From contig OZ251225.1 in NCBI GenBank assembly GCA_965240325.2, forward strand, positions 3,596,001-3,660,000: 64,000 nt of DNA, in the 5' to 3' direction. The position numbers and the translations under genes were made by a program. Below, one piece after another: positions 41,501 to 56,500 of this stretch. Below the pieces are notes generated by a model, which saw only the letters and a program-made list of their open reading frames with translations, did not search any database and had not been told where the DNA came from. The DNA comes from Rebecca billardiae RCC1528. Lineage: Eukaryota; Protista; Haptophyta. The number at the start of each line of letters is the position of its first letter. Position 1 is the stretch's first letter.

Positions 41501-44500
41501 CCGGTGCCATGTGTACGCTCACCGGGGCCGTACCTGGCGCTGCGCGCCGCGCCGGCGCGCCAGCTTGCGCGCACGCGCCGCAGCAGCCGTGTTGTTGCCT
41601 GAGCCGTGAGGTGCCGGCTGATCGGCAGGTCGGGAGGTCGTGAGATCTGAGCTGAGCCGAAACTCCGGCCGTGGCGGCGGCGCAGGAGGAGCGCCGAGCG
41701 CGCGCGCGCGCCCTCGCGCTCGGCACGCCCCCCGCGCGTGTACCGCGTGCCCGAGCCCGCCCTTCAGATGCGCACGGCGCGCGCGCCGACTCGGCGCTTC
41801 TCGCTGGCTCTAGCCGCAGCCGCAGCTCTCCGTAGCCGTTGGCCGTGACACACCCAGCTCAGCTTGGTCAGATTCGAGCTCGAGCTCTCGCGCGCGCGAC
41901 AGTAGAGGCGGGCCGCCGGTGCCATGTATACGCTCACTGGGGCCGTACCTGGCACTGCGCGCCGCGCCGGCGCGCCAGCTTGCGCGCACGCGCCGCAGCA
42001 GCCGTGTTGTTGCCTGAGCCGTGAGGCGCCGGCTGATCGGCAGGTCGGGAGGTCGTGAGATCTGAGCTGAGCCGAAACTCCGGCCGTGGCGGCGGCGCAG
42101 GAGGAGCGCCGAGCGCGCGCGCGCGCCCTCGCGCTCGGCACGCCCCCCGCGCGTGTACCGCGTGCCCGAGCCCGCCCTTCAGATGCGCACGGCGCGCGCG
42201 CCGACTCGGCGCTTCTCGCTGGCTCTAGCCGCAGCCGCAGCTCTCCGTAGCCGTTGGCCGTGACACACCCAGCTCAGCTTGGTCAGATTCGAGCTCGAGC
42301 TCTCGCGCGCGCGACAGTAGAGGCGGGCCGCCGGTGCCATGTATACGCTCACTGGGGCCGTACCTGGCACTGCGCGCCGCGCCGGCGCGCCAGCTTGCGC
42401 GCACGCGCCGCAGCAGCCGTGTTGTTGCCTGAGCCGTGAGGCGCCGGCTGATCGGCAGGTCGTGAGGTCGTGTGAGCTGAGCTGAGCCAAACCTCTGGCC
42501 ATGGTGGTGGCGCGCGGGCAGCTGTGACCTCAAGTGCGGGCGTGCACGCGCGTCGCACAGCCCTGCATCGACGTTACCGGCATCTGGCTCGGTGAAGTCC
42601 GGCCCAAACATATGAGCCCCAGCACCATCTCAATGGCTTGGCCGAGCCCGTCGTTCACGGAGAGGTCGTGGCGATCATAGGTCGCTGCCATCGCAGTCTT
42701 CGATACGCGCTGACCCTTCCTGTATGCCACGGCTAAGCTCAAGTTGGCCATGATCGTCGGCGCCGCTGCTCGCTGTGCGCATGGTCGCACCGTGGGGCTC
42801 TCGGCCGCCGGCGGCGGTCGCCCTGCAGCCATGCACAAGCTGCTTGCCGATTGGTCGGTTACAAGAATCTACTTTTGAATCGCAGCCATCATCCGTCCAA
42901 GAGCTCCGGCGACGGCCGCGTGCGGCGCGGTGGCGGCCGCCTGGGCGACACAGCGCGCGCAGCACCCGGCGTTAGAGCGCAATCGACGCATACAACCTCG
43001 AAGAGACAGCGCTAGTGGGTCGTACTATCGTGGTTTGCAGCCCTTCTCTCCATGCTCTGCGCATTGCCACCGCCGCGCGCCGCAACGCTTAAGCATCAGC
43101 GAGCTCTCGCAAATCACTACGCGCATGGTCTCCTCCTCGCCCACCAGGGCCGAATGATCGGAGGTCGCGCTGTGGTGGAATACCAACCTAAATATTGTCG
43201 TGCGCGTGGTGCAGCCCGGGCGCCTCAGCGCACCCCTGGCACCAGCGCACTATTTACCTCTCTTTTATTACCACTTAGTACCCCTCAGGTTTAAGCGTTC
43301 GCTTCGCTGGCTACGTGATTGCACGCCCGCTCACGCCGTGACGAGCGCACCATGGCGGCTCTCTCGCTTGTGGCGCACGGTCGGGGAGCACCCGCGTCTG
43401 CGCAGACACACGGCTCGCCCGCAAGTGTGCTGTGTCGCGCACGCGCGCGCTCGCGCGGCCGGCCATCGCGCACAGACCTGACTGGTCTCACATGCACCAG
43501 CATGGTCGTGCACGCACAGCGCCGCTCCGCGCACGCAATAAATTCGAGCGTGGTGCGCATGCACGTACACTCTGTGTCCCTGGTCCACACACAGCGTGTG
43601 AGCTCGTGCTTTGACCACGTGCAGGCGCACCACAGACTTTCGCGCAGCTGCCGCGCCGGGCCGTGCCAGCGGCTCGACAGGCTCAGCTCGTGGGCAGCGC
43701 TCGCTCGATTGCATGCTCCTGCCGCGCAGGGTGCCCAGCTTGCTGCGCTCGGTGTGTACTGGCGCGCTCGGACGGCACCCCGCGTACGCCTCGGGCCACG
43801 CGTGGGAGCCTAGCTCCACGCACGGAGGACTCGCAGGCGCAGGCCGGCGGCTGCCTCACACGGCTTGGTCGGGAGGCCGCCGCGCGGCTACCGTCGAGCT
43901 CGCCGATCGGCTGCACCTACTTTCAGCGCACGCTACCGCCGCCTCGCGCACGACACGGCAAGGTTGAACACGTGACTGTGGGCGGGCATCAGCCCCAAGT
44001 ACGCAGCCATCAGCACCACGGCCTTCACCTTCAGCGCCGACGATAGAGCCGCCGCTTGATTTTATCGCTTAAACTTGAGGGCCACTAAGTCGGAGGCTGC
44101 TGAAAACCCGCGTGAGACGTGAGCATCATCGTAGGAGGTGTCGACGAAGATTCACTCTGACGCGTGCAGTCCGTTTCGACTCTGGCTGGCGCGCGCGCTA
44201 TATGGCTAGGACGGATCGTGCCGGAGCGCTCGGAGTAGCCGGCTTCTCCCCGTTGCACGAGACTGTGCTGCTCCATTGGCAACATGACTGGGTTGTCATT
44301 CGTAAGCGTCAGTCAGGGACGTGACATGTGATGACCATGGCCTAGGCCACTGAGACCGCAAGATCAAATCAGCCACAGGAGTTGTGACCTCGAGCGCGAG
44401 CGCGCGCGCTCGGCACGCCCCCCGCGCGTGTACCGCATGCCCGAGCCCGCCCTTCAGATGCGCACGGCGCGCGCGCCGACTCGGCGCTTCTCGCTGGCTC

Positions 44501-47500
44501 TAGCCGCAGCCGCACCTCTCCGTAGCCGTTGGTCGTGACACACCCAGCTCAGCTTGGTCAGATTCGAGCTCGAGCTCTCGCGCGCGCGACAGTAGAGGCG
44601 GGCCGCCGGTGCCATGTGTACGCTCATCGGGGCCGTACCTGGCGCTGCGCGCCGCGCCGGCGCGCGCGCGTGTGCGCACGCGCCGCAGCAGCCGTGTCGT
44701 TGCTTGAGCCGTGAGGCGCCGGCTGATCGGCAGGTCGGGAGGTCGTGAGATCTGAGCTGAGCCGAAACTCCGGCCGTGGCGGCGGCGCAGGATGAGCGCC
44801 GAGCGCGCGCGCGCGCCCTCGCGCTCGGCACGCCCCCCGCGCGTGTACCGCGTGCCCGAGCCCGCCCTTCAGATGCGCATGGCGCGCGCGCCGACTCGGC
44901 GCTTCTCGCTGGCTCTACCCGCAGCTCTCCGTAGCCGTTGGCCGTGACACACCCAGCTCAGCTTGGTCAGATTCGAGCTCGAGCTCTCGCGCGCACGACG
45001 GTAGAGGCGGGCCGCCGGTGCCATGTGTACGCTCACCGGGGCCGTACCTGGCGCTGCGCGCCGCGCCGGCGCGCGCGCGTGTGCGCACGCGCCGCAGCAG
45101 CCGTGTCGTTGCTTGAGCCGTGAGGCGCCGGCTGATCGGCAGGTCGGGAGGTCGTGAGATCTGAGCTGAGCCGAAACTCCGGCCGTGGCGGCGGCGCAGG
45201 ATGAGCGCCGAGCGCGCGCGCGCGCCCTCGCGCTCGGCACGCCCCCCGCGCGTGTACCGCGTGCCCGAGCCCGCCCTTCAGATGCGCATGGCGCGCGCGC
45301 CGACTCGGCGCTTCTCGCTGGCTCTACCCGCAGCTCTCCGTAGCCGTTGGCCGTGACACACCCAGCTCAGCTTGGTCAGATTCGAGCTCGAGCTCTCGCG
45401 CGCACGACGGTAGAGGCGGGCCGCCGGTGCCATGTGTACGCTCACCGGGGCCGTACCTGGCGCTGCGCGCCGCGCCGGCGCGCCAGCTTGCGCGCACGCG
45501 CCGCAGCAGCCGTGTTGTTGCCTGAGCCGTGAGGTGCCGGCTGATCGGCAGGTCGGGAGGTCGTGAGATCTGAGCTGAGCCGAAACTCCGGCCGTGGCGG
45601 CGGCGCAGGAGGAGCGCCGAGCGCGCGCGCGCGCCCTCGCGCTCGGCACGCCCCCCGCGCGTGTACCGCGTGCCCGAGCCCGCCCTTCAGATGCGCACGG
45701 CGCGCGCGCCGACTCGGCGCTTCTCGCTGGCTCTAGCCGCAGCCGCAGCTCTCCGTAGCCGTTGGCCGTGACACACCCAGCTCAGCTTGGTCAGATTCGA
45801 GCTCGAGCTCTCGCGCGCGCGACAGTAGAGGCGGGCCGCCGGTGCCATGTATACGCTCACTGGGGCCGTACCTGGCACTGCGCGCCGCGCCGGCGCGCCA
45901 GCTTGCGCGCACGCGCCGCAGCAGCCGTGTTGTTGCCTGAGCCGTGAGGCGCCGGCTGATCGGCAGGTCGGGAGGTCGTGAGATCTGAGCTGAGCCGAAA
46001 CTCCGGCCGTGGCGGCGGCGCAGGAGGAGCGCCGAGCGCGCGCGCGCGCCCTCGCGCTCGGCACGCCCCCCGCGCGTGTACCGCGTGCCCGAGCCCGCCC
46101 TTCAGATGCGCACGGCGCGCGCGCCGACTCGGCGCTTCTCGCTGGCTCTAGCCGCAGCCGCAGCTCTCCGTAGCCGTTGGCCGTGACACACCCAGCTCAG
46201 CTTGGTCAGATTCGAGCTCGAGCTCTCGCGCGCGCGACAGTAGAGGCGGGCCGCCGGTGCCATGTATACGCTCACTGGGGCCGTACCTGGCACTGCGCGC
46301 CGCGCCGGCGCGCCAGCTTGCGCGCACGCGCCGCAGCAGCCGTGTTGTTGCCTGAGCCGTGAGGCGCCGGCTGATCGGCAGGTCGTGAGGTCGTGTGAGC
46401 TGAGCTGAGCCAAACCTCTGGCCATGGTGGTGGCGCGCGGGCAGCTGTGACCTCAAGTGCGGGCGTGCACGCGCGTCGCACAGCCCTGCATCGACGTTAC
46501 CGGCATCTGGCTCGGTGAAGTCCGGCCCAAACATATGAGCCCCAGCACCATCTCAATGGCTTGGCCGAGCCCGTCGTTCACGGAGAGGTCGTGGCGATCA
46601 TAGGTCGCTGCCATCGCAGTCTTCGATACGCGCTGACCCTTCCTGTATGCCACGGCTAAGCTCAAGTTGGCCATGATCGTCGGCGCCGCTGCTCGCTGTG
46701 CGCATGGTCGCACCGTGGGGCTCTCGGCCGCCGGCGGCGGTCGCCCTGCAGCCATGCACAAGCTGCTTGCCGATTGGTCGGTTACAAGAATCTACTTTTG
46801 AATCGCAGCCATCATCCGTCCAAGAGCTCCGGCGACGGCCGCGTGCGGCGCGGTGGCGGCCGCCTGGGCGACACAGCGCGCGCAGCACCCGGCGTTAGAG
46901 CGCAATCGACGCATACAACCTCGAAGAGACAGCGCTAGTGGGTCGTACTATCGTGGTTTGCAGCCCTTCTCTCCATGCTCTGCGCATTGCCACCGCCGCG
47001 CGCCGCAACGCTTAAGCATCAGCGAGCTCTCGCAAATCACTACGCGCATGGTCTCCTCCTCGCCCACCAGGGCCGAATGATCGGAGGTCGCGCTGTGGTG
47101 GAATACCAACCTAAATATTGTCGTGCGCGTGGTGCAGCCCGGGCGCCTCAGCGCACCCCTGGCACCAGCGCACTATTTACCTCTCTTTTATTACCACTTA
47201 GTACCCCTCAGGTTTAAGCGTTCGCTTCGCTGGCTACGTGATTGCACGCCCGCTCACGCCGTGACGAGCGCACCATGGCGGCTCTCTCGCTTGTGGCGCA
47301 CGGTCGGGGAGCACCCGCGTCTGCGCAGACACACGGCTCGCCCGCAAGTGTGCTGTGTCGCGCACGCGCGCGCTCGCGCGGCCGGCCATCGCGCACAGAC
47401 CTGACTGGTCTCACATGCACCAGCATGGTCGTGCACGCACAGCGCCGCTCCGCGCACGCAATAAATTCGAGCGTGGTGCGCATGCACGTACACTCTGTGT

Positions 47501-50500
47501 CCCTGGTCCACACACAGCGTGTGAGCTCGTGCTTTGACCACGTGCAGGCGCACCACAGACTTTCGCGCAGCTGCCGCGCCGGGCCGTGCCAGCGGCTCGA
47601 CAGGCTCAGCTCGTGGGCAGCGCTCGCTCGATTGCATGCTCCTGCCGCGCAGGGTGCCCAGCTTGCTGCGCTCGGTGTGTACTGGCGCGCTCGGACGGCA
47701 CCCCGCGTACGCCTCGGGCCACGCGTGGGAGCCTAGCTCCACGCACGGAGGACTCGCAGGCGCAGGCCGGCGGCTGCCTCACACGGCTTGGTCGGGAGGC
47801 CGCCGCGCGGCTACCGTCGAGCTCGCCGATCGGCTGCACCTACTTTCAGCGCACGCTACCGCCGCCTCGCGCACGACACGGCAAGGTTGAACACGTGACT
47901 GTGGGCGGGCATCAGCCCCAAGTACGCAGCCATCAGCACCACGGCCTTCACCTTCAGCGCCGACGATAGAGCCGCCGCTTGATTTTATCGCTTAAACTTG
48001 AGGGCCACTAAGTCGGAGGCTGCTGAAAACCCGCGTGAGACGTGAGCATCATCGTAGGAGGTGTCGACGAAGATTCACTCTGACGCGTGCAGTCCGTTTC
48101 GACTCTGGCTGGCGCGCGCGCTATATGGCTAGGACGGATCGTGCCGGAGCGCTCGGAGTAGCCGGCTTCTCCCCGTTGCACGAGACTGTGCTGCTCCATT
48201 GGCAACATGACTGGGTTGTCATTCGTAAGCGTCAGTCAGGGACGTGACATGTGATGACCATGGCCTAGGCCACTGAGACCGCAAGATCAAATCAGCCACA
48301 GGAGTTGTGACCTCGAGCGCGAGCGCGCGCGCTCGGCACGCCCCCCGCGCGTGTACCGCATGCCCGAGCCCGCCCTTCAGATGCGCACGGCGCGCGCGCC
48401 GACTCGGCGCTTCTCGCTGGCTCTAGCCGCAGCCGCACCTCTCCGTAGCCGTTGGTCGTGACACACCCAGCTCAGCTTGGTCAGATTCGAGCTCGAGCTC
48501 TCGCGCGCGCGACAGTAGAGGCGGGCCGCCGGTGCCATGTGTACGCTCATCGGGGCCGTACCTGGCGCTGCGCGCCGCGCCGGCGCGCGCGCGTGTGCGC
48601 ACGCGCCGCAGCAGCCGTGTCGTTGCTTGAGCCGTGAGGCGCCGGCTGATCGGCAGGTCGGGAGGTCGTGAGATCTGAGCTGAGCCGAAACTCCGGCCGT
48701 GGCGGCGGCGCAGGATGAGCGCCGAGCGCGCGCGCGCGCCCTCGCGCTCGGCACGCCCCCCGCGCGTGTACCGCGTGCCCGAGCCCGCCCTTCAGATGCG
48801 CATGGCGCGCGCGCCGACTCGGCGCTTCTCGCTGGCTCTACCCGCAGCTCTCCGTAGCCGTTGGCCGTGACACACCCAGCTCAGCTTGGTCAGATTCGAG
48901 CTCGAGCTCTCGCGCGCACGACGGTAGAGGCGGGCCGCCGGTGCCATGTGTACGCTCACCGGGGCCGTACCTGGCGCTGCGCGCCGCGCCGGCGCGCGCG
49001 CGTGTGCGCACGCGCCGCAGCAGCCGTGTCGTTGCTTGAGCCGTGAGGCGCCGGCTGATCGGCAGGTCGGGAGGTCGTGAGATCTGAGCTGAGCCGAAAC
49101 TCCGGCCGTGGCGGCGGCGCAGGATGAGCGCCGAGCGCGCGCGCGCGCCCTCGCGCTCGGCACGCCCCCCGCGCGTGTACCGCGTGCCCGAGCCCGCCCT
49201 TCAGATGCGCATGGCGCGCGCGCCGACTCGGCGCTTCTCGCTGGCTCTACCCGCAGCTCTCCGTAGCCGTTGGCCGTGACACACCCAGCTCAGCTTGGTC
49301 AGATTCGAGCTCGAGCTCTCGCGCGCACGACGGTAGAGGCGGGCCGCCGGTGCCATGTGTACGCTCACCGGGGCCGTACCTGGCGCTGCGCGCCGCGCCG
49401 GCGCGCCAGCTTGCGCGCACGCGCCGCAGCAGCCGTGTTGTTGCCTGAGCCGTGAGGTGCCGGCTGATCGGCAGGTCGGGAGGTCGTGAGATCTGAGCTG
49501 AGCCGAAACTCCGGCCGTGGCGGCGGCGCAGGAGGAGCGCCGAGCGCGCGCGCGCGCCCTCGCGCTCGGCACGCCCCCCGCGCGTGTACCGCGTGCCCGA
49601 GCCCGCCCTTCAGATGCGCACGGCGCGCGCGCCGACTCGGCGCTTCTCGCTGGCTCTAGCCGCAGCCGCAGCTCTCCGTAGCCGTTGGCCGTGACACACC
49701 CAGCTCAGCTTGGTCAGATTCGAGCTCGAGCTCTCGCGCGCGCGACAGTAGAGGCGGGCCGCCGGTGCCATGTATACGCTCACTGGGGCCGTACCTGGCA
49801 CTGCGCGCCGCGCCGGCGCGCCAGCTTGCGCGCACGCGCCGCAGCAGCCGTGTTGTTGCCTGAGCCGTGAGGCGCCGGCTGATCGGCAGGTCGGGAGGTC
49901 GTGAGATCTGAGCTGAGCCGAAACTCCGGCCGTGGCGGCGGCGCAGGAGGAGCGCCGAGCGCGCGCGCGCGCCCTCGCGCTCGGCACGCCCCCCGCGCGT
50001 GTACCGCGTGCCCGAGCCCGCCCTTCAGATGCGCACGGCGCGCGCGCCGACTCGGCGCTTCTCGCTGGCTCTAGCCGCAGCCGCAGCTCTCCGTAGCCGT
50101 TGGCCGTGACACACCCAGCTCAGCTTGGTCAGATTCGAGCTCGAGCTCTCGCGCGCGCGACAGTAGAGGCGGGCCGCCGGTGCCATGTATACGCTCACTG
50201 GGGCCGTACCTGGCACTGCGCGCCGCGCCGGCGCGCCAGCTTGCGCGCACGCGCCGCAGCAGCCGTGTTGTTGCCTGAGCCGTGAGGCGCCGGCTGATCG
50301 GCAGGTCGTGAGGTCGTGTGAGCTGAGCTGAGCCAAACCTCTGGCCATGGTGGTGGCGCGCGGGCAGCTGTGACCTCAAGTGCGGGCGTGCACGCGCGTC
50401 GCACAGCCCTGCATCGACGTTACCGGCATCTGGCTCGGTGAAGTCCGGCCCAAACATATGAGCCCCAGCACCATCTCAATGGCTTGGCCGAGCCCGTCGT

Positions 50501-53500
50501 TCACGGAGAGGTCGTGGCGATCATAGGTCGCTGCCATCGCAGTCTTCGATACGCGCTGACCCTTCCTGTATGCCACGGCTAAGCTCAAGTTGGCCATGAT
50601 CGTCGGCGCCGCTGCTCGCTGTGCGCATGGTCGCACCGTGGGGCTCTCGGCCGCCGGCGGCGGTCGCCCTGCAGCCATGCACAAGCTGCTTGCCGATTGG
50701 TCGGTTACAAGAATCTACTTTTGAATCGCAGCCATCATCCGTCCAAGAGCTCCGGCGACGGCCGCGTGCGGCGCGGTGGCGGCCGCCTGGGCGACACAGC
50801 GCGCGCAGCACCCGGCGTTAGAGCGCAATCGACGCATACAACCTCGAAGAGACAGCGCTAGTGGGTCGTACTATCGTGGTTTGCAGCCCTTCTCTCCATG
50901 CTCTGCGCATTGCCACCGCCGCGCGCCGCAACGCTTAAGCATCAGCGAGCTCTCGCAAATCACTACGCGCATGGTCTCCTCCTCGCCCACCAGGGCCGAA
51001 TGATCGGAGGTCGCGCTGTGGTGGAATACCAACCTAAATATTGTCGTGCGCGTGGTGCAGCCCGGGCGCCTCAGCGCACCCCTGGCACCAGCGCACTATT
51101 TACCTCTCTTTTATTACCACTTAGTACCCCTCAGGTTTAAGCGTTCGCTTCGCTGGCTACGTGATTGCACGCCCGCTCACGCCGTGACGAGCGCACCATG
51201 GCGGCTCTCTCGCTTGTGGCGCACGGTCGGGGAGCACCCGCGTCTGCGCAGACACACGGCTCGCCCGCAAGTGTGCTGTGTCGCGCACGCGCGCGCTCGC
51301 GCGGCCGGCCATCGCGCACAGACCTGACTGGTCTCACATGCACCAGCATGGTCGTGCACGCACAGCGCCGCTCCGCGCACGCAATAAATTCGAGCGTGGT
51401 GCGCATGCACGTACACTCTGTGTCCCTGGTCCACACACAGCGTGTGAGCTCGTGCTTTGACCACGTGCAGGCGCACCACAGACTTTCGCGCAGCTGCCGC
51501 GCCGGGCCGTGCCAGCGGCTCGACAGGCTCAGCTCGTGGGCAGCGCTCGCTCGATTGCATGCTCCTGCCGCGCAGGGTGCCCAGCTTGCTGCGCTCGGTG
51601 TGTACTGGCGCGCTCGGACGGCACCCCGCGTACGCCTCGGGCCACGCGTGGGAGCCTAGCTCCACGCACGGAGGACTCGCAGGCGCAGGCCGGCGGCTGC
51701 CTCACACGGCTTGGTCGGGAGGCCGCCGCGCGGCTACCGTCGAGCTCGCCGATCGGCTGCACCTACTTTCAGCGCACGCTACCGCCGCCTCGCGCACGAC
51801 ACGGCAAGGTTGAACACGTGACTGTGGGCGGGCATCAGCCCCAAGTACGCAGCCATCAGCACCACGGCCTTCACCTTCAGCGCCGACGATAGAGCCGCCG
51901 CTTGATTTTATCGCTTAAACTTGAGGGCCACTAAGTCGGAGGCTGCTGAAAACCCGCGTGAGACGTGAGCATCATCGTAGGAGGTGTCGACGAAGATTCA
52001 CTCTGACGCGTGCAGTCCGTTTCGACTCTGGCTGGCGCGCGCGCTATATGGCTAGGACGGATCGTGCCGGAGCGCTCGGAGTAGCCGGCTTCTCCCCGTT
52101 GCACGAGACTGTGCTGCTCCATTGGCAACATGACTGGGTTGTCATTCGTAAGCGTCAGTCAGGGACGTGACATGTGATGACCATGGCCTAGGCCACTGAG
52201 ACCGCAAGATCAAATCAGCCACAGGAGTTGTGACCTCGAGCGCGAGCGCGCGCGCTCGGCACGCCCCCCGCGCGTGTACCGCATGCCCGAGCCCGCCCTT
52301 CAGATGCGCACGGCGCGCGCGCCGACTCGGCGCTTCTCGCTGGCTCTAGCCGCAGCCGCACCTCTCCGTAGCCGTTGGTCGTGACACACCCAGCTCAGCT
52401 TGGTCAGATTCGAGCTCGAGCTCTCGCGCGCGCGACAGTAGAGGCGGGCCGCCGGTGCCATGTGTACGCTCATCGGGGCCGTACCTGGCGCTGCGCGCCG
52501 CGCCGGCGCGCGCGCGTGTGCGCACGCGCCGCAGCAGCCGTGTCGTTGCTTGAGCCGTGAGGCGCCGGCTGATCGGCAGGTCGGGAGGTCGTGAGATCTG
52601 AGCTGAGCCGAAACTCCGGCCGTGGCGGCGGCGCAGGATGAGCGCCGAGCGCGCGCGCGCGCCCTCGCGCTCGGCACGCCCCCCGCGCGTGTACCGCGTG
52701 CCCGAGCCCGCCCTTCAGATGCGCATGGCGCGCGCGCCGACTCGGCGCTTCTCGCTGGCTCTACCCGCAGCTCTCCGTAGCCGTTGGCCGTGACACACCC
52801 AGCTCAGCTTGGTCAGATTCGAGCTCGAGCTCTCGCGCGCACGACGGTAGAGGCGGGCCGCCGGTGCCATGTGTACGCTCACCGGGGCCGTACCTGGCGC
52901 TGCGCGCCGCGCCGGCGCGCGCGCGTGTGCGCACGCGCCGCAGCAGCCGTGTCGTTGCTTGAGCCGTGAGGCGCCGGCTGATCGGCAGGTCGGGAGGTCG
53001 TGAGATCTGAGCTGAGCCGAAACTCCGGCCGTGGCGGCGGCGCAGGATGAGCGCCGAGCGCGCGCGCGCGCCCTCGCGCTCGGCACGCCCCCCGCGCGTG
53101 TACCGCGTGCCCGAGCCCGCCCTTCAGATGCGCATGGCGCGCGCGCCGACTCGGCGCTTCTCGCTGGCTCTACCCGCAGCTCTCCGTAGCCGTTGGCCGT
53201 GACACACCCAGCTCAGCTTGGTCAGATTCGAGCTCGAGCTCTCGCGCGCACGACGGTAGAGGCGGGCCGCCGGTGCCATGTGTACGCTCACCGGGGCCGT
53301 ACCTGGCGCTGCGCGCCGCGCCGGCGCGCCAGCTTGCGCGCACGCGCCGCAGCAGCCGTGTTGTTGCCTGAGCCGTGAGGTGCCGGCTGATCGGCAGGTC
53401 GGGAGGTCGTGAGATCTGAGCTGAGCCGAAACTCCGGCCGTGGCGGCGGCGCAGGAGGAGCGCCGAGCGCGCGCGCGCGCCCTCGCGCTCGGCACGCCCC

Positions 53501-56500
53501 CCGCGCGTGTACCGCGTGCCCGAGCCCGCCCTTCAGATGCGCACGGCGCGCGCGCCGACTCGGCGCTTCTCGCTGGCTCTAGCCGCAGCCGCAGCTCTCC
53601 GTAGCCGTTGGCCGTGACACACCCAGCTCAGCTTGGTCAGATTCGAGCTCGAGCTCTCGCGCGCGCGACAGTAGAGGCGGGCCGCCGGTGCCATGTATAC
53701 GCTCACTGGGGCCGTACCTGGCACTGCGCGCCGCGCCGGCGCGCCAGCTTGCGCGCACGCGCCGCAGCAGCCGTGTTGTTGCCTGAGCCGTGAGGCGCCG
53801 GCTGATCGGCAGGTCGGGAGGTCGTGAGATCTGAGCTGAGCCGAAACTCCGGCCGTGGCGGCGGCGCAGGAGGAGCGCCGAGCGCGCGCGCGCGCCCTCG
53901 CGCTCGGCACGCCCCCCGCGCGTGTACCGCGTGCCCGAGCCCGCCCTTCAGATGCGCACGGCGCGCGCGCCGACTCGGCGCTTCTCGCTGGCTCTAGCCG
54001 CAGCCGCAGCTCTCCGTAGCCGTTGGCCGTGACACACCCAGCTCAGCTTGGTCAGATTCGAGCTCGAGCTCTCGCGCGCGCGACAGTAGAGGCGGGCCGC
54101 CGGTGCCATGTATACGCTCACTGGGGCCGTACCTGGCACTGCGCGCCGCGCCGGCGCGCCAGCTTGCGCGCACGCGCCGCAGCAGCCGTGTTGTTGCCTG
54201 AGCCGTGAGGCGCCGGCTGATCGGCAGGTCGTGAGGTCGTGTGAGCTGAGCTGAGCCAAACCTCTGGCCATGGTGGTGGCGCGCGGGCAGCTGTGACCTC
54301 AAGTGCGGGCGTGCACGCGCGTCGCACAGCCCTGCATCGACGTTACCGGCATCTGGCTCGGTGAAGTCCGGCCCAAACATATGAGCCCCAGCACCATCTC
54401 AATGGCTTGGCCGAGCCCGTCGTTCACGGAGAGGTCGTGGCGATCATAGGTCGCTGCCATCGCAGTCTTCGATACGCGCTGACCCTTCCTGTATGCCACG
54501 GCTAAGCTCAAGTTGGCCATGATCGTCGGCGCCGCTGCTCGCTGTGCGCATGGTCGCACCGTGGGGCTCTCGGCCGCCGGCGGCGGTCGCCCTGCAGCCA
54601 TGCACAAGCTGCTTGCCGATTGGTCGGTTACAAGAATCTACTTTTGAATCGCAGCCATCATCCGTCCAAGAGCTCCGGCGACGGCCGCGTGCGGCGCGGT
54701 GGCGGCCGCCTGGGCGACACAGCGCGCGCAGCACCCGGCGTTAGAGCGCAATCGACGCATACAACCTCGAAGAGACAGCGCTAGTGGGTCGTACTATCGT
54801 GGTTTGCAGCCCTTCTCTCCATGCTCTGCGCATTGCCACCGCCGCGCGCCGCAACGCTTAAGCATCAGCGAGCTCTCGCAAATCACTACGCGCATGGTCT
54901 CCTCCTCGCCCACCAGGGCCGAATGATCGGAGGTCGCGCTGTGGTGGAATACCAACCTAAATATTGTCGTGCGCGTGGTGCAGCCCGGGCGCCTCAGCGC
55001 ACCCCTGGCACCAGCGCACTATTTACCTCTCTTTTATTACCACTTAGTACCCCTCAGGTTTAAGCGTTCGCTTCGCTGGCTACGTGATTGCACGCCCGCT
55101 CACGCCGTGACGAGCGCACCATGGCGGCTCTCTCGCTTGTGGCGCACGGTCGGGGAGCACCCGCGTCTGCGCAGACACACGGCTCGCCCGCAAGTGTGCT
55201 GTGTCGCGCACGCGCGCGCTCGCGCGGCCGGCCATCGCGCACAGACCTGACTGGTCTCACATGCACCAGCATGGTCGTGCACGCACAGCGCCGCTCCGCG
55301 CACGCAATAAATTCGAGCGTGGTGCGCATGCACGTACACTCTGTGTCCCTGGTCCACACACAGCGTGTGAGCTCGTGCTTTGACCACGTGCAGGCGCACC
55401 ACAGACTTTCGCGCAGCTGCCGCGCCGGGCCGTGCCAGCGGCTCGACAGGCTCAGCTCGTGGGCAGCGCTCGCTCGATTGCATGCTCCTGCCGCGCAGGG
55501 TGCCCAGCTTGCTGCGCTCGGTGTGTACTGGCGCGCTCGGACGGCACCCCGCGTACGCCTCGGGCCACGCGTGGGAGCCTAGCTCCACGCACGGAGGACT
55601 CGCAGGCGCAGGCCGGCGGCTGCCTCACACGGCTTGGTCGGGAGGCCGCCGCGCGGCTACCGTCGAGCTCGCCGATCGGCTGCACCTACTTTCAGCGCAC
55701 GCTACCGCCGCCTCGCGCACGACACGGCAAGGTTGAACACGTGACTGTGGGCGGGCATCAGCCCCAAGTACGCAGCCATCAGCACCACGGCCTTCACCTT
55801 CAGCGCCGACGATAGAGCCGCCGCTTGATTTTATCGCTTAAACTTGAGGGCCACTAAGTCGGAGGCTGCTGAAAACCCGCGTGAGACGTGAGCATCATCG
55901 TAGGAGGTGTCGACGAAGATTCACTCTGACGCGCGCAGTCCGTTTCGACTCTGGCTGGCGCGCGCGCTATATGGCTAGGACGGATCGTGCCGGAGCGCTC
56001 GGAGTAGCCGGCTTCTCCCCGTTGCACGAGACTGTGCTGCTCCATTGGCAACATGACTGGGTTGTCATTCGTAAGCGTCAGTCAGGGACGTGACATGTGA
56101 TGACCATGGCCTAGGCCACTGAGACCGCAAGATCAAATCAGCCACAGGAGTTGTGACCTCGAGCGCGAGCGCGCGCGCTCGGCACGCCCCCCGCGCGTGT
56201 ACCGCATGCCCGAGCCCGCCCTTCAGATGCGCACGGCGCGCGCGCCGACTCGGCGCTTCTCGCTGGCTCTAGCCGCAGCCGCACCTCTCCGTAGCCGTTG
56301 GTCGTGACACACCCAGCTCAGCTTGGTCAGATTCGAGCTCGAGCTCTCGCGCGCGCGACAGTAGAGGCGGGCCGCCGGTGCCATGTGTACGCTCATCGGG
56401 GCCGTACCTGGCGCTGCGCGCCGCGCCGGCGCGCGCGCGTGTGCGCACGCGCCGCAGCAGCCGTGTCGTTGCTTGAGCCGTGAGGCGCCGGCTGATCGGC